This document shows positions 37,953-49,845 of a stretch of DNA of 64,000 nucleotides, in pieces. Location of the stretch: positions 51,336,001 to 51,400,000 of the forward strand of contig NC_134472.1 in assembly GCF_964194025.1 (NCBI RefSeq), given 5' to 3'. This DNA comes from Convolutriloba macropyga. Lineage: Eukaryota. Below the pieces are notes generated by a model. It searched no databases. It had not been told where the DNA came from and saw only the letters and a program-made list of their open reading frames with translations. The translations under genes and the position numbers were made by a program. Within the stretch, counting starts at the first letter, position 1. Every line of letters starts with the position of its first letter.

Positions 37953-38013
37953 GGATTGATTTCAAAATCAGAACAATAGAAATAGAAGGCAAGAAGATCA
38001 AACTACAAGTATG
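37953..38013 (+). CDS. RAB8: Rab8 coding exon 2
   Basis: TTTGCTAG acceptor; IDFKIRTIEIEGKKIKLQVW; TG|GTAAGT donor. Confidence 0.95.
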
Positions 38014-38096
38014 GTAAGTAAATTAAATGCATTTACAACCAAATTACGGTTTTCAGTTGTTTTACGCGAACAAAAGTTAATTTGGAACATTTGAAG

Positions 38097-38235
38097 GGAT
38101 ACGGCTGGACAGGAGAGATTCCGGACTATTACCACTGCTTACTACCGGGGTGCTATGGGGATCATATTGGTCTATGACGTCACCTGTCAGGCGTCTTTTG
38201 ACAACATCAGCAACTGGATCAAAAACACAGAAGAG
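38097..38235 (+). CDS. RAB8: Rab8 coding exon 3
   Basis: [29 protein letters not shown]...NWIKNTEE; GAG|GTCAGT donor. Confidence 0.95.
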
Positions 38236-38904
38236 GTCAGTTAATGTAGATTAGATTCACTTGTATTGAAAGAAGGCAAACTTGTTTAGATGCTTTGACA
38301 CAAAAGACTCAGAAGCCGACTTTGTTACCAGTATTAGTACTTTAAGTTGATATGTAGATATAGTTAGAGTGATATACTGAGAGTTAGATTGTCAAATACT
38401 CATTTGGTATCATGTATTTTATAGCGTGATAGTATCAGAAATGTGATGAACATATTTTTATGCGTCGTATCCCCGTAAAAACGAGGGTTTGAGACGAAAG
38501 TTTTAATATTTTGTCAAAAAACTATCTGCTGATGCCAGATGAACATCAGCAGTGTGAATTGTTTTCTAAAAAGTGAAGTAGATTAGGTGGAAGCCTGCCT
38601 GAAAACAGCTTCATTTGCTGCAAAAAGAACCAAAACTGCATGGTGAACTAAAGATAAGCTGATATGCTGATGGTGTTAAATGCTATAATCAAGTTTTCAA
38701 ACCATTAGCTTGAATTACTAAGCGGTTAGCTGATTTTTTTGAAAAGAGGTGGAAATGAGTAGTGGTTAAAACTTGTATGCAAATGTAATTTGTTACCTAA
38801 ATTTAGCCAAAGTTTGTTTTGTGGTTTCCGCCTAGTTTTGTTGATCCAGCTGGTGCTCTTTGATAAGTAACAAAGGATTGTTGTTTAGTTGGTTGTTCTT
38901 TTAG

Positions 38905-39234
38905 CACGCTTCAGCAGATGTTGAGAAGATGATTCTGGGAAACAAATGCGACATGGAGCCGAAGCGAATGATCACAACAGAGAAGGGCCAGCGGCTAGCC
39001 GACAACTATGGTGTCAAGTTTTTCGAAACGAGCGCCCGCGACAGTGTCAACGTCGAGCAGGCCTTTTTCGAGTTCGCGAAAGCCATCAAAGCGAAAGAAG
39101 ACAAAAAGAATCTGGACAACCAAGCGAATGGAGCCAGCAAAAAGCAGCCTGGAAAGAGCGGTGGCGTGAACATCAATGTCCCCGGCACAAAGGGCCCAAA
39201 TTCATTTTTCAAAAATCTTTGCAACATTTTATAA
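38905..39234 (+). CDS. RAB8: Rab8 coding exon 4 (protein 217 aa total)
   Basis: CTTTTAG acceptor; HASADVEKMILGNKCDM (Rab8 signature), FFETSA, C-terminal CaaL box CNIL; candidate poly(A) signal AATAAA at 39854-39859. Confidence 0.95.
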   Translation, partial: HASADVEKMILGNKCDMEPKRMITTEKGQRLADNYGVKFFETSARDSVNVEQAFFEFAKAIKAKEDKKNLDNQANGASKKQPGKSGGVNINVPGTKGPNSFFKNLCNIL

Positions 39235-40924
39235 TTAATCCGACGAATGAACATGCATTGTTAGATGAGTTAGTTATTTACTGATCGCAAAAATGCTCGA
39301 TTGAATGCACTCAATGTGTTCTGTGCTGTGTGAACTTGGACTTGAAACAATTCGAGCAACAACCGGTGTCATGCTTATGTTAATGTTTTATAGTTCGATT
39401 ACAACACATTGTCTCATCCGATCTCTGAAATCATGTAAATCTGAATTATTGTCTCCATTTTCTACCAGAAAAGTCGATATCATTCAGTAAAAAATTTCAT
39501 TCTAATCAATTCTGGTGGAAATGATAAATGTAGGTTACTCGCCAAAGTAAAGTTAGCAAAGCTGGAACCCTTTCAAACTTTAATGACTCAAAAAGAGATT
39601 GATGCTGATTTGAAAGAGCTATGCTAATTTGTGGTGTTTGATACTTGTTTGAAAGTACTGCTAGTTATTTCCATGTTCTATTATTTAAAATTAATGCTGT
39701 AATTGATCAAATCAAGCTGGAATTTGCGTTAATCAAATCTTTGTTATGCCGAAAATTTAATCGTATAATTTATAACTCAGAGGGCTATATCTACCGTGGC
39801 TTCCGTGCGTGTGTGGAACAGAAGGCAATGGACTGATAGAGAGCCAATGTATCAATAAAATCGAATTGTTGTATTCATTTTTTACAGTGTTTCAATTGTT
39901 TATTTCCAATTCGAATTTCTCTCGGCGCGGTATATGTAGAAATGCTTTTGATTAACTGCAGAGAAATTATTTTGATTTGAACAATATCCAGTTGTTCAGA
40001 ATTAGAAAGTTTTATTTATCACTCAAACTTTTTACATTTGATATTTTCTCAATAACACTTTTATAGAGGAAATGAGAAAGGTCAATCTGGTTTAAGGTAG
40101 TGTTGAGTATTTGATACGTAATGTCTTTACTTGCCTCAAAAGTTTCTCAGCACCAATGCACTTTCAATCAACATTCTTTTTAACTTCAATCAACTGAGAG
40201 CTCTTATTTCACGTTTCCGCCTTACCTAGCATAAATTATATGCAATCCCTTCAATGACTTTTGATGGCAATGGACAATTATTCGATTCCGTCAAATTTTT
40301 TGGGTGAAGAATCGTTTTCTTATAAACGCTGAAATATTGAATTTCATTTCATCTCTTTAATCAAGCAGAAGACGGATACCTCGAGTTTCTCATACTTTTC
40401 CAACATGCATCCTTACAAGACTTTCAATAATTTTAACGGCTTTTGCACACGTCAATTCACTCCTGGAATTTTTCTATTGAGTACCAACTTATTACTTTTC
40501 TCGGAGTGAAACAAATTTCCTTGATCCTTTCGAAGTTGAGCTGTTTAATTGCTCTCGAACGAAGTCTAAAGCAATTATTGTAAACGTGTTGGTCTTTTTT
40601 ATGCAAAATTTTTGCTTGACCGATTTGAATTTTGAAGTGACTTCTGCACTCTTGCTTTTTTCGTTATGCGTGATATAAATTTCTCTCATTCAGAATTATA
40701 AGCAGCTGAACTCAAGTAGCAGAATTTCACTACTATAAGTTAAATTGAAAGGGCTCCGAAATTGGTGTCATTCTTTCAATTTAAATGTTATTAGTGATTA
40801 TAATCTCTAATGACGTCATTTGAAGCCCCCTTTGCGATTTTAGTTGCCCCGGAATGAAGCATTCTGCAATAGATTAGAGCTTCCATTAGTCTTTCGAGAG
40901 CAATTCTTCAGACGTTATTGGGTC

Positions 40925-42200
40925 ATGTTTAATAGCCGCCTCAGCTTCTCAGCCGGCTATTTTAGCGCTCCTAATTTTCAATTCAAAGAATTTGAATTGT
41001 ATTGGGGCGCTGTCTTTTTTTTAAGATCTGTTCACACAGTTTCATGATTTTTGAAGTCAAATTGGAGAAGTGATTCTCGTCACGCCGAAACAGGAAATGG
41101 AGCGAAAAAGCGAGTGGTTCTGCGGCGTGAATTTTTTTTGCTCTAATTTTAATGTAGAGTGAGAAAACGGTGTTTGAACAAAAATTCGGTTTCTCGGTAG
41201 TGGTTTTTTGTTCACATGCGGCAATTTTACTCTGATTTTTACTATTTTTTCGATTTTTTTATTTGATTTTTTTTCTATATGGTTTTCCCCATCATAGCTC
41301 ATTCTAGGCCTAGTTTTTTGTTTGAATTAAATTTTCATTTCTCGCTAGTGGTTTTTTCGTTCACATGCGGCATTTTGACATTGATTTTCTGTTTATTTCT
41401 TATTTTTTTGTTCTGATTTTTTAAAAATGGTTTTCTCAATTCACTCATAGTTCATTCTAGGTCTAGTTTTCTGTTTAGTCAATGAAAATTCTTTGAATTG
41501 TACGTCAGGACTTCTCCTGCTATGTTTTTTTTTTAGATCTGTTCACACATTTTCATGATTTTTGATGTCAAATTGGTTTTCCCAATCCATTCGCAGCTCA
41601 TTCTAGGCCTAGTTTTTTGTTTGAATTCAATTTTCATTTCTCGCTAGTGCTTTTTTTGTTCACATGCGGCATTTTGACATTGATTTTCTGTTTATTTCTT
41701 ATTTTTTTTGTTCTGATTTTTTTTAAATGGTTTTCTCAATTCACTCCTAGTTCATCCTAGGTCTAGTTTTTCTGTTTAGTCAATGAAAATTTTTTGAATT
41801 GTACGTCAGGACTTGTCCTGCTATGTTTTTTTAAGATATGTTCACACATTTTCATTATTTATGAAGTCAAATTGGAGTAGTGATTTTGATCACGCCGAAA
41901 CAGGAAATGGAGCGAAAAAGCGAGTGGTTTTACGGCGTGAAATTTTTTCGCTCTAATTTCCAAGTAGAGTGAGAAAACGGTGTTTGAACAAAAATTCGCT
42001 TTCTCGCTAACGGTTTTTTGTTCACATGCGGCCATTTCACTTTGATTTTAACTGTTTCTTCGATTTTTTTGATCGGATTTTTCAAATTGGTTTTCCCAAT
42101 CCATTCATAGTCCGTTCTAGGTCTAGTTTTTTGTTTAGTCAATGAAAATTCTTTGAATTTTACGTCAGGACTTGTCCTGCTGTTTTTTACTTCGTCGAAT
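40925..42200. repeat. Non-autonomous repeat with internal tandem rearrangements; related copy at 63200-63640
   Basis: Blocks GTAGAGTGAGAAAACGGTGTTTGAACAAAAATTCG, TTCACATGCGGC and TACGTCAGGACTTGTCCTGC recur 2-4 times here and once near 63.4 kb. Confidence 0.85.
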
Positions 42201-43963
42201 AAAAAGTTTTCGCTTTATCTTAGTTCACAGTTTGTTCAACATTTTGCGTGAAATCTTTTTGACTTCTCTAGGCTAGTATCAATCCTCTTTCATTCTGCTA
42301 AAATTTTTTGAGATAGCAGTTGCTCAGCAAAGCAATTGAACATAAACAGAGTCAGTATCAAAAAACGAAATCAGAAATAGAAACGGGGTAAACCCATAAA
42401 ACCCAATTTTAGATGCCCGTTACCCGTACTTTGTTCTTAGTTACCATCTCTAATGCATATTGGTATTGATAATAGCCCCTATGTGGTCTCACTAAGAAAC
42501 AGTTGTACGTTCAGCTGCAACATGAAATCAAAATAGTTCGCACTTTAAAATTGTTTGTACAAAACTCATTTTTTCACTGCTTTTTTCTCTTCTTTCAATC
42601 CCAGTCTTGGTTATGGGAATCAACGGCGGCTATTTTGCGGCAATCTGCTGGATATGTTTTGTTTTGCCATTGAAAACATTTGAGTTTCCGAGTATTCGAA
42701 ATGTTTGGTTTAAGTGTCCCAGTCTCACCTTATTGGTTTTTAAAACCCTCCATGATAACGTTTAATCATAACGAATTAAATTTAATTTTAAAAACAGCCT
42801 ACGTATAAATTTTAGCAGTTCTGTGAAATCATTCTGCGCATACTCGGTTTATGATGATAGACGTTTACAAAACAATTTTCTTAGCATCTTAGAGATGCCA
42901 ATATGATCATTGTTAAATGCTCTCGAACGATATTTGAGGCAATTTTGGTAAATGTTTGTCTTTTAATGCAAAATGTGTGCTTGACCGTCTTCTCTCTAGA
43001 ACTTTTAACGAGGCCTTGGCTCAACTTCATAGCTCGAAAAACAGATAGAAAAAAAGAATCATTAGAAAATAAGTTTTTTGTCTCAGAAGAAAAATAACAC
43101 TCAAGGCAAGCAAATCCCCCTGACATCTCAGAAACAGAACAGTAAATTTGTATTTTTTTATATTTACAAATTCAAGACCAGTGATCACTTTCTATAATTC
43201 AATAGCAGATATCAGACTAATGTTTTTCTGCTTTCGTGGAAAAAGTTGCTGGTTCCACAAATTAAAACAACCGGACAGAATAAATTGAGGAAAAAAAACA
43301 TGACCTTTCTGTCATAACATGCGAATTTAACGCACGCCCTTGAATTTATCTTGTAAGCTTAGCATTAGAACATTTTTCCATTAAAAATTTTATAAAAGTT
43401 GTTACAACTGAGTGAAAACAAAAGAAACTTGATTGAATTCAGGCGCCAGTTCTGCTTAAATGTTTTAGCTTTAAGTTTTTTAGACGGTGATATATGTCGG
43501 AACCTATGAGAACAGGAAAGTAGTCAAGCTTATCTCACTCTACTGATATAAGAGTGTTGCTGAGCTGTTTTATTCATTTTGTTCGAGTACAATTTTTGCT
43601 AAGTTTTCTTTTAAGTTTGTTTTTCATCAAAAGTGGCACGAAATAATTTTCTTCAGTCCACTTAATTTTTCCAGATTAACACACTAAAAACTGCTGACAG
43701 AAGTTTCGTTAGCTCCAAAGAGGGCTATATCTTCTTGTGCTTACTTTGAGAGTGTTCTTTCCATTGTGATTATTGTTAATTGCTCTCGATCGATATTTGA
43801 AGAAATTCCGGTAAACGTGTGTCTTTTAATGTAAATTGTTTGTTTGACTGTCTTCGCTCTGGAACTTTCCTTCGATTTCATTTTTCTTTGATTTGAGTTG
43901 CGCTCATGTAGAAATTAAATCTGCTGTTGAAATGAAGGCGATTGTGAGCCGAGAATTCATGTA

Positions 43964-44036
43964 GCCCCTGTAATGTAATGGTTAATGTACGCGACGCTAA
44001 TCTGAGAGGTGGCGGGTTCGAAACCCTCCCTCATCA
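43964..44036 (+). mobile_element. tRNA-derived SINE head (pseudo-tRNA), copy 1
   Basis: A-box-like TAATGTAATGG and B-box GGTTCGAAACC at tRNA spacing; acceptor and anticodon stems do not pair, so not a functional tRNA. Confidence 0.7.
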
Positions 44037-46054
44037 GAACTTTTCACCACTAATTTCTCTAGCCTGTGCCCCCTTCAATTTGTTTGCTTGCGCAATCGTT
44101 CGAGTGCAATTCTTCGACGCTAGTTGGTTTATTTGCGGTTTTGATTTTTTGATATAGTTTTGGTTCGTATATGTAGTCCAACACGCACATTTGTGGAAAG
44201 GTTATGGAACAAAGAAAGGCTTTATTGATTAAGCAAAAAAACATTGTTTGTTCTTAATTTAAACGGATCTTGAATTGCTTTACTGTTTTTTTGTCATGCA
44301 CGTGTTGTGTGTCATTCGATAAAAAGTTTAGCGCTCAGAAGACGTCTTTGAATTTCGTTTGTTCTTTTTTTATTGACCAATTCATCCTGATGTCATTCTG
44401 GTGCCCAAGTTTGTGATATTCTGCGTAATCATCTGTCCAATTGTTTCAACGAAGTTGTTTTATTGAGGTAACAAGCTAGCTCTTCAGACGAACTACGTTT
44501 TATTATCACTTAGTTTTCTCATAATTTAATTTCCTCGTTATTTTGTTAAATTTTTTTGATTTGTGTTTTCGTTTTTTTAAGTTAAACATAATTTTGATTG
44601 ATTTTTACAAAGTAAGTGAGAGTCTGTAAAACATATTTTTGTCAAAGTAGCTATTGTTTTGGTTGGAAAAAGAAAAATTGTGAGTTGTTGCTCGTCATCT
44701 CAAACCGTATAAATAATGGCCAAATTTTTCATGTACATCTCCGTCAAAAAATGAAAAAACTTGATCCGAGTTTGTTCTGGCAATATACGTGTTTTCATTA
44801 TTTTCAGGCTGTGATAATTTAAGGATTGTTATCCTGAAATTAAATGTTTATCTAATCAGTTTTAATCAGGTCTTGGTTCAACTTCATAGCTCAAAAAACA
44901 GATAGAAAAAAATCAGTAAAAAACCAGCAAAAGTTTTTTTGCTCAAAAAAGATAGAAGCCAGCAAACCCCTGAAACATCTCAAAAACAGAACAGTAATTT
45001 TGTAATTATTTTTTGTTAACGAATTCAAGACCAGTGATTACTTTCTAGAATTCGATAGTAAATAGCAGACAAATGGTTTTCTGCTTCCGTGGAAAAGGTA
45101 ACCGGTTCCACAAATTAAAACAACCGGACAAAATAAACTTAGGAAAAACTTATGCCCTATGTCATAATAACATGCGAATATAACATACGCCCTTGAATTC
45201 ATCTTATGAGCGTAAAACTAGAAGTTTTTTTCTTTAAAATCAAAAGTTAAGTCGTTACAACTGAGTGAAAACAAAGGAACCTGATTGAATTCAGGCGCCA
45301 GTTCTGCTTAAATGTCAAATTGACTAAAATAAAGCGAATTTTGTACAATTGGTCAAAAAGTCAAATGCTGAATTTTTTTGACAATAAAAAAATAATTGCG
45401 TTAAAATAATGATTCCACATTCTATCGTACAGCAGATGAGAAAGTGAAGGACATACTATGTTTTTGCTGGCCCCCTTTATTAGCTAAGTTTTTTAGACGG
45501 TGATATATGTCGCAACCTATGATAACAGGAAAGTAGTCAAGCTTCTCTAACTCTGCTTATGGAAGAGTGTTGCTGAACTGTTTGATCCATTCTGTTCGAG
45601 TACAATTTTTGCAAACTATAAGTTAGTGCTTTTCATCGAAATTGCCACGAAATGAGTTTTCTCAGTCCACTTAATTTTTCCAGATTAACACACTAAAAAC
45701 TGCTGACACAAGTTTCGTTAGCTCCAAAGAGGGCTAGATCTCCTTGTGCTTACTTTGAGTGTTCTTGCCATTAGGATTATTGTTAAATGCTCTCCATCGA
45801 TATTTGAAGAAATTCTGGTAAACGTGTGTCTTTTAATGTAAATTGTTTGTTTGACGGTCTTCTCTCTAGTACTTTCTTTCGATTTCACTTTCCTTTGATT
45901 TGAGTTGCGCTCATTTAGAAAGTTGCGCTCGTTTAGAAAGTTGCGCTCATTTAGAAAGTTGCTCTCAAGAACTTGCCTTTGATTTGAGTTGCGCTCATTT
46001 AGAAATTAAATCTGCTGTTAAAGTGAAGGCGATTGTAAGACGAGACTTCATGTA

Positions 46055-46128
46055 GCCCATGTACTGTAATGGTCAGTGTACCAGACGCTAATCTGAGAGG
46101 TGGCGTGTTCGAAACCCTCCCTATTCAG
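46055..46128 (+). mobile_element. tRNA-derived SINE head, copy 2
   Basis: Homologous to 43964-44036; B-box TGTTCGAAACC. Confidence 0.65.
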
Positions 46129-48033
46129 AACTTTTCACCATAAGTTTCTCTAGCTTGTTCCCCCCTCAATCTGTTTGCTTCCGCAATTCTTCGACGCTAG
46201 TTGATTTAATTGCGGTTTTGGTTGTTTGATACAGTTTGAGTTCTTATATGTAGTCCAACTGGCACATTTGTGGTACGGTTTTGGAACAAAGAAAGGCTTT
46301 ATTGATTAAGCGAAAAAACATTGTTTGTTACAACAAAATTAAATGGATCTTGAAATGCTTTTTTTGTTATGCACGTGTTGTGTGTCATTCGACAAAAATT
46401 TAGCGCTCAGAAGACGTCTTTGCATTTCGTTTTTGTTTTTTTTTGACCAATTCATCCTGATGTCATTCTGGTGCCTAAATTTGTGAAATTCTGCGTAGTC
46501 ATCTGTCCAATTGTTTCAACGAAGTTGTTTTTTCGAGGTAACAAGCTAGCTCTTCCGACGAACTACATTTTATTATCACTTAGCTTTCTCATAATTTAAT
46601 TTCCTCGTTATTTTGTTAAAATATTTTGATTTATGTGTTTTCGTTTTTTTAAGTTTAACATAATTTTGATTGATTTTTACGTATTTAAGTAAGTGAGAGT
46701 CTGTAAAACATATTTTTGTCAAAGTAGCTATAGTTTTGGTTGAAAAAAGAAAAGATCGACATTAGGGTTGTTGCTCGTTATCTCAAACCGTATAAATAAT
46801 GGCCAATTTTCTCATGTACATCTCCGTCAAAAAATGTTAAATAATCTTGATCCGAGTTTGTTCTGCAATATACTTGTTTTCATTATTTTCAGGCTGTGAT
46901 AATTCAAAGATTGTTATCCTGAAAACAAAGATTCATCAAATAAGTTTTAATCAGGTCTTGGCTCAATTTCAGCTCAAAAAACAGATTGAAAATCATTAAA
47001 AAATAAGTTTTTTTGCTCAAAAAAGATAGAACTCAGAAGCTAGCAAACCCCTCAAACATCTCAAAAACAGAACAGTAAATTTGTAATATTTTTTGTTAAC
47101 GAATTCAAGACCAGTGATGACTTTCTAGAATTCCATAGTAAATAGCAGACAAATGGTTTTCTGCTTCTGTGGAAAAGGTAACCGGTTCCGCAAGTTAAAA
47201 CAACTGGACACACTAAATTGAGGAAAAACACATGCCCTCTGTCATAATAACATGCGAATTTAAACTACGCCCTTGAATTTATCTTATGAGCTTAAAATTA
47301 GAAGTTTTTCCATTAATATCAAAATTTATAAAAGTTAAACCGTTACAACTGAGTGAAAACAAAAGAAACCTGGTTGCATTCAGGCGCCATTTCTGCTTAA
47401 ATATCAAATTCATTAAAGGAAATCGAGTTATGTACAATTGGTCCAAAAGGCAGAAATGCTGAATTTTATTTGACAATAAAAAACTAATTGCAATAAAATT
47501 TTGATTCCACATTATTTATCGTATAGCGGATGAGAAAGTGAAAGACATACAGTTTTTGCCGGCGCTCTTTATGAGCTTTAAGTTTTTTAAACTGTGATAT
47601 ATGTCAGAACCTATGGGAACCGGAAAGTAGTCAAGCTTCGATAACTTTTTCAGCTAGCGTTTTTCATCAAAGTTGTCACGAAATAAGCTTCTTTAGTCCA
47701 CCTAAATTTTCTGGATTAACACACTAAAAACTGCTGGCACAATTTTTATTAGCTCAAAGGAGGCATAGGTCTACTTGTGCTTACTTTGAGAGTTTTCTTG
47801 CCATTATGATCATCGTTTAATGCTCTCGAACAATAGTTGAAGAAATTCCGGTCAACGTTTCTTTTAATGTAAAGTGTTTGTTTGACCGTCTTCTCACTAG
47901 AGCTTTCCTTTGATTTTAGTTGAGCCCAATTAGAAAGTTGCGCTCTAGAACGTTCCTTTGATCTGAGTTGTGCTCATTTAGAAATTAAATCTGCAGTTAA
48001 AATGAAAGCGATTGTGATTCGAGACTTTATGTA

Positions 48034-48107
48034 GCGCCTGTAATGTAATGGTTAATGTACGCGAGACTTATCTGACAGGTGGCGTGTTCAAAACTCTCCT
48101 TAGTCAG
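48034..48107 (+). mobile_element. tRNA-derived SINE head, copy 3
   Basis: Homologous to 43964-44036; more decayed B-box TGTTCAAAACT. Confidence 0.6.
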
Positions 48108-49845
48108 AACTTTTCACCATAAGGTTCTCTAGCCTGTGCCCCCTTCTACTTTGTTTGCCTCAGCAATCTTCGAGCGCAATTCTTCGACGCTAGTTGGTTT
48201 ATTTGCGGTTTTGGTTCTTTGATACAGTTTAAGGCCGTACTTGTATTCCAACACGCACATCTGTGGTACGGTTTTTGAAGAAAGGCGTTATTGATAAAGC
48301 GAAAAAACAACGTTTGTTCATAAGTTAACTGCATCTTGAAATGCTTTTCTGGTTTTTTTGTTATACACGTGTTGTGTGTCATTCGACAAAAAGTTTAGCG
48401 CTCAGAAGACGTCTTTGCATTTCGTTTGTTTTTTTTATTGACCAATTCATTCTGATGTCATTCTTGTGCCCAAATTTGTGAAATTCTGCGTAATCATCTG
48501 TCCAGTTGTTTCAACGAGGTTGTTTTATTGAGGTAACAAGCTAGCTGTTCGGATGAACTACGTTTTATTAGCACTTAGTTTTCTCCATAGTTTATTTTTC
48601 GCGTTATTTTGTTAATATATTTTGAATCATCTTTGTTCTGTTTTTAACAATTTGGTAGATTTTTGCAAAGTAAGTGAGAGTATGTAAAACTTTTTTTTGT
48701 CAGAGTAGCTATAGTTTTGATCAAAAACAGAAAAGGTCTGACATTAGGGTTTTTGCTCGTTATCATAACATGCGAATTTAACCTACGCACTTGAATTTAT
48801 CTTATGAGCTTTAAATTAGAAGTTTTTCCATTAATATCAAAATTTATAAAAGTTAAATCGTTACAGCTGAGTGAAAACAAAAGAAACCTGGTTGCATTCA
48901 GGCGCCATTTCTGCTTATATATCAAATTCATTAAAGGAAATCGAGTTATGTACAATTGGTCCAAAAGGCAGAAATGCTGAATTTTATTTGACAATAAAAA
49001 ACTAATTGCAATAAAATTTTGATTCCACATTATTTATCGTATAGCGGATGAGAAAGTGAAAGACATACTGTTTTTGCTGGCCCTCTTTATGAGCTTTAAG
49101 TTTTTCAGACGGTGATATATGTCAGAACCTATGGGAACAGGAAATTAGTCAAGCTTCTCTAACTCTACTGATAGAAGAGTGTTGCTGAACTGTTTGATCC
49201 ATTCTCTTCAAGTGCAATTTTTGCAAAGTTTTTTTTTCATTAGTGTTTTTCATCAAAATTGCCACGAAATAAGCTTCTTTATTCCACTTAAATTTTTTAT
49301 ATGTTACTTACAGAACACAGAATAGAAAAGTTCAAATCTAGGCAACTAGTGATAGGTCTATAGGCTTTTTAGGGGTTTCAAGGAAACCTATCTAGTGGTA
49401 GTTTTTACTTTTGAGTGTACTTTTTTTTATAGTTTCGTATTTTTTGGTCAACTTATAGCTCAAGGTCAGCAATGTCTTTCTAATTTAATAAAATTTCATG
49501 TTTTTTTTATGATTCTGTTTTAAGTAATGGTTTTTGAACATATCGATGTTTTTCGGTCTCTAGATGATGATTTTAACGGGCTCGCCGCTGTCTTATAGGA
49601 GAATATAATTGAATCTGTTTACTAATTTTAGTTTATAAATGAAATTTTTAATGACTTTAAAATCAAATGTTTTAAATAAAACAGTCGTATTTTGTAACTT
49701 CTCATAGTGTTCTTTTGGCTACTTGTTGCCTAATCTCACTAATTACAGGTCGAATATCGCATTATTGGTGTTGAAAAAGGCATAATTGAACATATCTAAT
49801 GTTTTAGTGTATTGCTTATTGTTAGATCAAGGAGCTAAGATCAAG

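Larger units (their letters stand above)
42880..49290 (+). repeat. ~2-kb tandem macro-repeat, three copies plus partial fourth
   Basis: AATTCAAGACCAGTGA at ~43170, 45022, 47102; TTAGCGCTCAGAAGACGTCTTTG at ~44328, 46400, 48396; 47250-47640 recurs at 48763-49160. Confidence 0.92.

Noticed and set aside
43964-44036. Functional tRNA gene
   Set aside because: Acceptor and anticodon stems do not pair; the three copies diverge freely.
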